From Macrostomum lignano (taxonomy: Eukaryota), in contig NIVC01000125.1 in assembly GCA_002269645.1 (NCBI GenBank), positions 34,897 through 98,896 on the forward strand: DNA of 64,000 bases, written 5' to 3'. Within the stretch, counting starts at the first letter, position 1; each line of letters starts with the position of its first letter. Below are positions 58,500 to 64,000 of the stretch, in pieces. The translations under genes were made by a program, and so were the position numbers. Below the pieces are notes generated by a model. That model was not told the DNA's origin, searched no databases, and saw nothing but the letters and a program-made list of their open reading frames with translations.

Positions 58500-58810
58500 A
58501 TCCAATCTAGCCTACATCATTGATGAAGGAATAGAATGGATTGCTAATCTAGCCTGCATCATAGATGCAGGAACAGAATGGATTGCTAATCTAGCCTACA
58601 TCATGGATGCAGGAACAGAATGGATTGCTAATCTAGCCTACATCATGGATGCAGGGATTGGATGGATTGCTAATCTAGCCTACATCACGGATGAAGGAAT
58701 AGAATGGATTGCTAATCTAGCCAACATCATGGATGCAGAGATAGGATGGATTGCTAATCTAGCCTACATCACGGATGAAGGAATAGAATGGATTGCTAAT
58801 CAAGCTAAAC
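58500..58810 (-). repeat. Inverted copy of the 42 bp minisatellite at 50320-51330, about 7 copies
   Basis: Unit GATGCAGGAATAGAATGGATTGCTAATCTAGCCTACATCATG is the reverse complement. Confidence 0.95.
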
Positions 58811-59324
58811 ACATGTAAGAAATAGTAAAGGTAGATAAAAGACGCCCATAAAAAAGATACTGTCAAAAAGAGCACTACCAATAATGCAATTATTAGTGAG
58901 TTAAAAGTATGCCAGAAGTAAAAAGAAGCAAATTCATGCGGCAAAACTAGCCTCAATTTTGTGCTAGTTTATTTGCAAATAACAAAGGAGAGCAGAGTGG
59001 AAAGCTTGACCAGCGCGGCTCTCTAAAAAGCATCGCTGATTGCCAACAAAAACTGCTCAAATGTTTTAAAAGAAAAAATCAATCGCTTCTCAAAGGCGGA
59101 TATGTCTGAGCTCCCAAACTGCAGGGCGAACTGCATGACTCACGATAGTACAGGATCACCTGGCCCCAATCGTGACAGTAGCAAAAAGAGAGAATCGCAG
59201 AATTGCATTACAAAACTACGAGTACTAAATAATCAAGCGCACTTCTCGTAATACTTGTCAGTAGTGTGATAAGTAAAAGGTTTGTTGCATGAATCGCGGG
59301 CGAGGTCTAAAGAGAGGATCAGGG

Positions 59325-59465
59325 ATAAAATCCTAACCTGAGGATTTGGTATGAATCCTAATCTGAGGATCTGGGATTAAATCCCAATCTGAGGATCTAG
59401 GATAAAATACCAATCTGAGGATCTGAGATGAAATCCCGATCTGAGGATCTGGGATTAAATCCCAA
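59325..59465. repeat. Short degenerate repeat (ATCTGAGGATCTGGGATTAAATCCC) just 3' of ANKRD46
   Basis: 4-5 imperfect units. Confidence 0.8.
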
Positions 59466-59469
59466 AATT

Positions 59470-60648
59470 TCATAAATAGTCGACATCGGCATCGAATGGT
59501 AGCAGTTCGTCGGCGAAGTCCCCTTGATCCTCCAGCTGGGTGAGCGACTCGGAAGAGTTGGCCAACAGGAAGGCGGTCAGACCGGACAGCAGAAGCAACA
59601 GGGCGGCAAGAAAAACGAGGCGAACTGGGCCGAGGGTGGCGCCAAAACGACGCCATTCGGAGCCTCCGCTGACGCCGGCGCTATCGTCCACAGCGGCCGT
59701 CGCTTTGTTCAGCCGGTCGAGCACCTCGTCTGGCAGGCCTTTGCGCCTGGGGAGCGAGTAGACAATACCCACATGTACTGTGAATAGCATATCATACCGA
59801 CGACCATGGGAACAACTGACAGGCACCGATCCTACCATAGCAACCAGACACTCACTCTACCATAGCAACCACTACACTACCATAGAAACCACCCACTCTA
59901 CCATAGCAACCAGACACTCACTCTACCATAGAAACCACTCACTACCATAGCAACCACTTACTCTACCATAGTAACGGCTCACTCTACCATAGCAACCACT
60001 ACACTACCATAGAAACCACCCACTCTACCATAGCAACCAGACACTCACTCTACCATAGCAACCAGACACTCACTCTACCATAGAAACCACTCACTACCAG
60101 AGCAACCAGACACTCACTCTACCATAGAAACCACTCACTCTACCATAGTAACGGCTCACTCTACCATAGCAACCACTCACTCTACCATAGTAACGGCTCA
60201 CTCTACCATAGCAACCACTCAGTCTACCATAGTAACGGCTCACTCTACCATAGCAACCAGACACTCAGTCTACCATAGTAACCAGACACTCACTACCATA
60301 GCAACCAGACTCAATCTACCATAGCAACCAGACACTCACTCCACCATAGCAACCAGACACTACCATAGCAACCAAAAACCTCACCATAGCAACCAACCTG
60401 GCAAGATCGATGGGCCTATCGCCGAAGCAGTTAACAGCGGTGGGCGGCAGGCCGCAGTCGAGCAGATAATCGATAACGTCAAGGTGCCCGGAGCAGTGCA
60501 GCAGGCTGTTGCCGTGGCTGTCGGTGGCCTGTCTGAGGGCCTCAAGACGGCCGCCAGTTAGCCGGCGCAAAGCCGCCAGGTTGCCGGCTACCGCAGCCCG
60601 ACGAATTCGTTCGGCGTCGCCGGCCTCGCTATGGCCCGGCGTTGGCAT
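59470..60648 (-). CDS. ANKRD46: Ankyrin repeat domain-containing protein 46 homolog; exons 60648-60398 and 59746-59470 (175 aa)
   Basis: Spliced product TDSHGNSLLHCSGHLDVIDYLLDCGL..PIDLARRKGLPDEVLDRL plus C-terminal TM WRRFGATLGPVRLVFLAALLLLLSGLTAFLL closely recalls ANKRD46. AG|GTTGGT and CTCCCCAG|G join in phase 2. Confidence 0.85.
59830..60395. repeat. Intronic degenerate 17-26 bp repeat (CTACCATAGCAACCAGACACTCACT)
   Basis: Begins at the ANKRD46 donor and fills most of the intron. Confidence 0.92.
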
Positions 60649-61108
60649 GCAGGAATGTTTGGTGTGCCAATATGATAATTGTATGCCAAAGAGACGGCCA
60701 GTGCCACCTCTATTAGCCTATCAAGATCTGGTGCACCAGCTTAGGCAGACATGTAGCAAACAGTTAAAACAATCCAACCATGGTCTAGAGCAGTATATGA
60801 TTAAGGTTGACTAACTTTGGTTTAATCAGCCATTGCTTCAATGCTTGCAAGCCTGACCAGCACTTCACTATCTGAAGAACTATACTAACACCGATGAGGC
60901 CATTGCTGTGATCTAACACATTGTGAAGTAGCTTCACTGGCAGATAAACCAGCCAGAACATATATGCTTATTTTTGTCCCTCATTTAAAAGTTTTTAATA
61001 TTTCTTTATAGGATAATTTTTGATTTTTATATGTAGAGATTATGGCCCTCCCTAGCCTTCCACTCCACAATATGTTTATTGTAACCCCTTGGTTTATTAG
61101 TGCACACT

Positions 61109-61287
61109 CAGGGGTGGCAGAGCCTAATATTTTTGGGGGGCACCAGGCACAGGGCAAGGGGGGCACAGGTACCTTTATAACTGCTAATTAGGGCCTAAAA
61201 TCAGAAAAGCACTAAAAATTACTGCGTGGACTCATTTTCTGGGGGGGGGGGCATGTGCCCCAGTGCCGCAAGCTCCCGCCGACCATG
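61109..61287. mobile_element. MITE, 179 bp, hAT-like, with 8-bp TSD
   Basis: TGCACACT is duplicated at 61101-61108 and 61288-61295; imperfect TIRs CAGGGGTGGCAG and CCGCCGACCATG. Confidence 0.72.
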
Positions 61288-61934
61288 TGCACACTATGGA
61301 TTTGTTCTAACCTTCCTGCATGTAGCATATAGCCTAGTATAGCATATAGCCTACTATAGTAAAAGATAGGCTAACCAGTGCTTAGAATAATACTTAGACC
61401 TATAATATGCTTAGATAAATACTTAGACAAATTCAGTTCTATTAGACCTAGTATTACAAGTTTTTATACGAAAGTATAGTTTTTTTTAAATAAAAAAGAT
61501 TAGGCCTATAAGTCTTCAAAATTTACTATGACTTATAAGTCTATGTATTTGCATTTTGAAAAAAACCAAATAATGATTACACTTAAACAATGATTACCTA
61601 AAAATGTTTGACTTTGGCTTTGGGTTTTTCCTTTAAAGGTCCCAAAGTTTAATAATTTTGCTTGATATAAATTTTTTAATATGTTATTTTATTGCAAAAA
61701 GTGACAATTTAACAATTTAACAATTTTAAAAAAGAATTAAATATGACATCAAAATTAGTATTTTGGTTGTTTTTTGTTTGTTATTTAATTTACTTTCTTA
61801 TTTCAAAAGTTTGATTTTCTGCATTTGCATTTGTTTTGTTTTCTTGGTGTTTTTATATCTGGAAGTATATTTAGAAATATTTAGATTAGAAAAAAATTAT
61901 AAATTCAAAACATAATGCTAACAATATACTAAAA

Positions 61935-62060
61935 ATGAGTTGTTTGTTTGTTTGTACGCAATCTATTAGAGAAAAAATGGCTGGACCGATTTTCTTCAAA
62001 CTTGCACTGTTCGATCAGAAATTTTCCCGTGATGGTACATGCATCTTGGCTAAGAAATTG
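61935..62060 (+). mobile_element. Possible Helitron/Helentron-type 5' fragment
   Basis: (GTTT)n-GTACGC..AAAATGGCTGGACCGATTTTCTTCAAACTT resembles ends of non-autonomous rolling-circle elements; termini not defined. Confidence 0.35.
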
Positions 62061-62379
62061 CTCCATGTTAAAGGGATTAAATATTCTTTCTCGCTCTTTC
62101 TTGCTATCTACCATCTATTGCCAGGACCTGCACTGGAGCGGTTACGAAAATTAGATTTCTCGGTAGTTGCTTGTACTCTTTTGCACTACTTGAGTAGTCT
62201 GATTTTTGTTCGGCATGGCTGGTTCCAGCAGGTAGTTCCTCTGGATAAAAGCGCTTACCGCGCCCATTGGCTTTCCAGCTGCCTTAATCGTTTCCGGTGA
62301 TCTTGTGTGCATGCATTCAGCTTGATTGGCTGCAGCAAGCAAGCTCGAAAGAGCTCACTTTGCTCGCTCTTTCTCATTA

Positions 62380-62383
62380 TCTA

Positions 62384-62415
<32 letters not shown>

Positions 62416-62884
62416 GCTATCAAGGGATGCTTGCTTTCGGGGGGATGCTTGCTATCTGGGGGATGCTTGCTATCTGGGGGATGCTTGCTATCAGGGGATG
62501 CTTGCTATTGGGGGGATGCTTGCTATCAGGGGATGCTTGCTATTGGGGGGATGCTTGCTATCTGGGGGATGCTTTTTATCGCTGGGATGCTTGCTATTGG
62601 GGGGATGCTTGCTATCATCTGGCGGATGCTTGCTATCTGGTGGATGCTTGCTATCTAGTGGATGCTTTCTATCTGGGGTGATGCTTGCTGTCTAGGGGGG
62701 AGGCTTGCCATCTAGATAATGGCTGCTACTTTTTGTGAAGGTTTTTTTTCTTGTGTACTTTTGTTAGTTTTAGAAAAAAAGATATTCATAGCAAATATCT
62801 TTGTCCATGATATTTTTACTCAAATGGGGTGATTGTATGTCCCTTTCTTATCGGCTGCCCCAAAGGAGGGCACAACATTGCTAG
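62380..62884 (+). mobile_element. Non-autonomous Helitron-like element, 505 bp, with (CTAT)n and an internal ~18-19 bp minisatellite
   Basis: A|TC at 5', CTAG|T at 3', no TSD, TGCCC-CAAAGGA-GGGCA hairpin 8 nt before CTAG; second copy at 8190-8590. Confidence 0.68.
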
Positions 62885-64000
62885 TCTTATATACTATAAA
62901 TTTTAGCTATACACTATTATAGGTGAGAACGGATGCTGGCAGGGCTTTAAATAGTATTGTTGCTTGCTCTTATCATCATGTGGTTCAAGGGGTCACATTG
63001 GACAACAGCTCCGAGCTCGAGTATTGACAAAGTTTTCCATGTTTAAAATAACTGCCAGAATTTCTACAAAGTTAAAGCGAATTCAAACAAATTGGGATAC
63101 AAAGGAGAACTCTTTAGCCATGCTAAATTCCTCAAGCCCAGGGGGAAGATAGCCATGGTCTTGGTTGAATGGTCTATGTTGATACTGTTTTTTTAGAATT
63201 TTGGGCACATAGGGTAGATTCTAGCCAATGAAACTTGAACAATTTGTTGTAAATTGAATACTGTCTTGCTTTGCAAATTTAAATACTACTACGAAATCAA
63301 CCTGATCAATCAAATAAGCAACAAACAATCAACAACAGCTTTTATCAGCCTGCAGTTAGGGGACCACCTCGAGTTTAAGAAAATGGAAATTGATTCCAAT
63401 TGCAACATAGGCCAACATAGGCAACGTAGACTCCTAAATAGACTATATTCTATGATCATTTATGTATTTACTAAGTGTGTTAGTTAAATAATCTATATTA
63501 GATTAAACTTTAAAGTGTCAGTATCAAAGTCTATAGGCCTAGGTATAAAAAATATATAGTTTTTTGTTGCCATACCTAAATTTGTCATGATTCGACATGA
63601 ACTGATCAAATAAGATGATGCTAATGAACTATGTATTTACACTTATTTGTTGAATCATTGTCATAGAAAAGGGCAACAAATTTGCATCAATTTATTTAGG
63701 ATAACAATCAGACAATTTATTTGTTTGGTTAAACTATAAATTAATAGCAGCCAATTGAATACCTATAACTGTAACATTTAGAAACCATTAACAAAACTTT
63801 GTATTTTTTAATCTAATATTCTAATTAATGTATCATGCAAATAGAATATACTACAACCATTTCTTCATTTATTTGTCTATCATAAGTCTACTGATTATAT
63901 GTAGTTAAATCAATAAGATTAAGATAGATGTTACAGAATACTTACAATTGATGAAATTATTCAATAATATACAGGAACATTTTATTTTAATATTTTAATT

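Overview
Eukaryotic, intron-rich metazoan DNA. GC-rich Ala/Ser/Pro-rich exons sit between AT-rich introns and spacers filled with unrelated minisatellites, which suggests a flatworm such as Macrostomum (inference, no database check). Bases 2-28.6 kb hold a head-to-tail array of six paralogous minus-strand genes. Each encodes a predicted type I membrane protein: signal peptide, about 120-aa CUB-like domain, atypical C-type lectin domain split by one conserved phase-2 intron, TM helix, and a Pro/Tyr-rich tail with PPxY motifs. Next come a 7-exon TANGO6 (minus), a 12-exon divergent ionotropic glutamate receptor-family gene (plus), an intronless universal stress protein gene (plus) and a 2-exon ANKRD46 (minus). 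About 30 tandem arrays are interspersed. Mobile DNA comprises two tRNA-derived SINE families, two MITEs with TSDs, an RTE-like LINE remnant and non-autonomous Helitron-like elements. Exon structures were deduced by hand from splice sites and reading-frame phase, and repeat boundaries and copy numbers are approximate. Most long ORFs in the supplied track are artefacts of tandem repeats.
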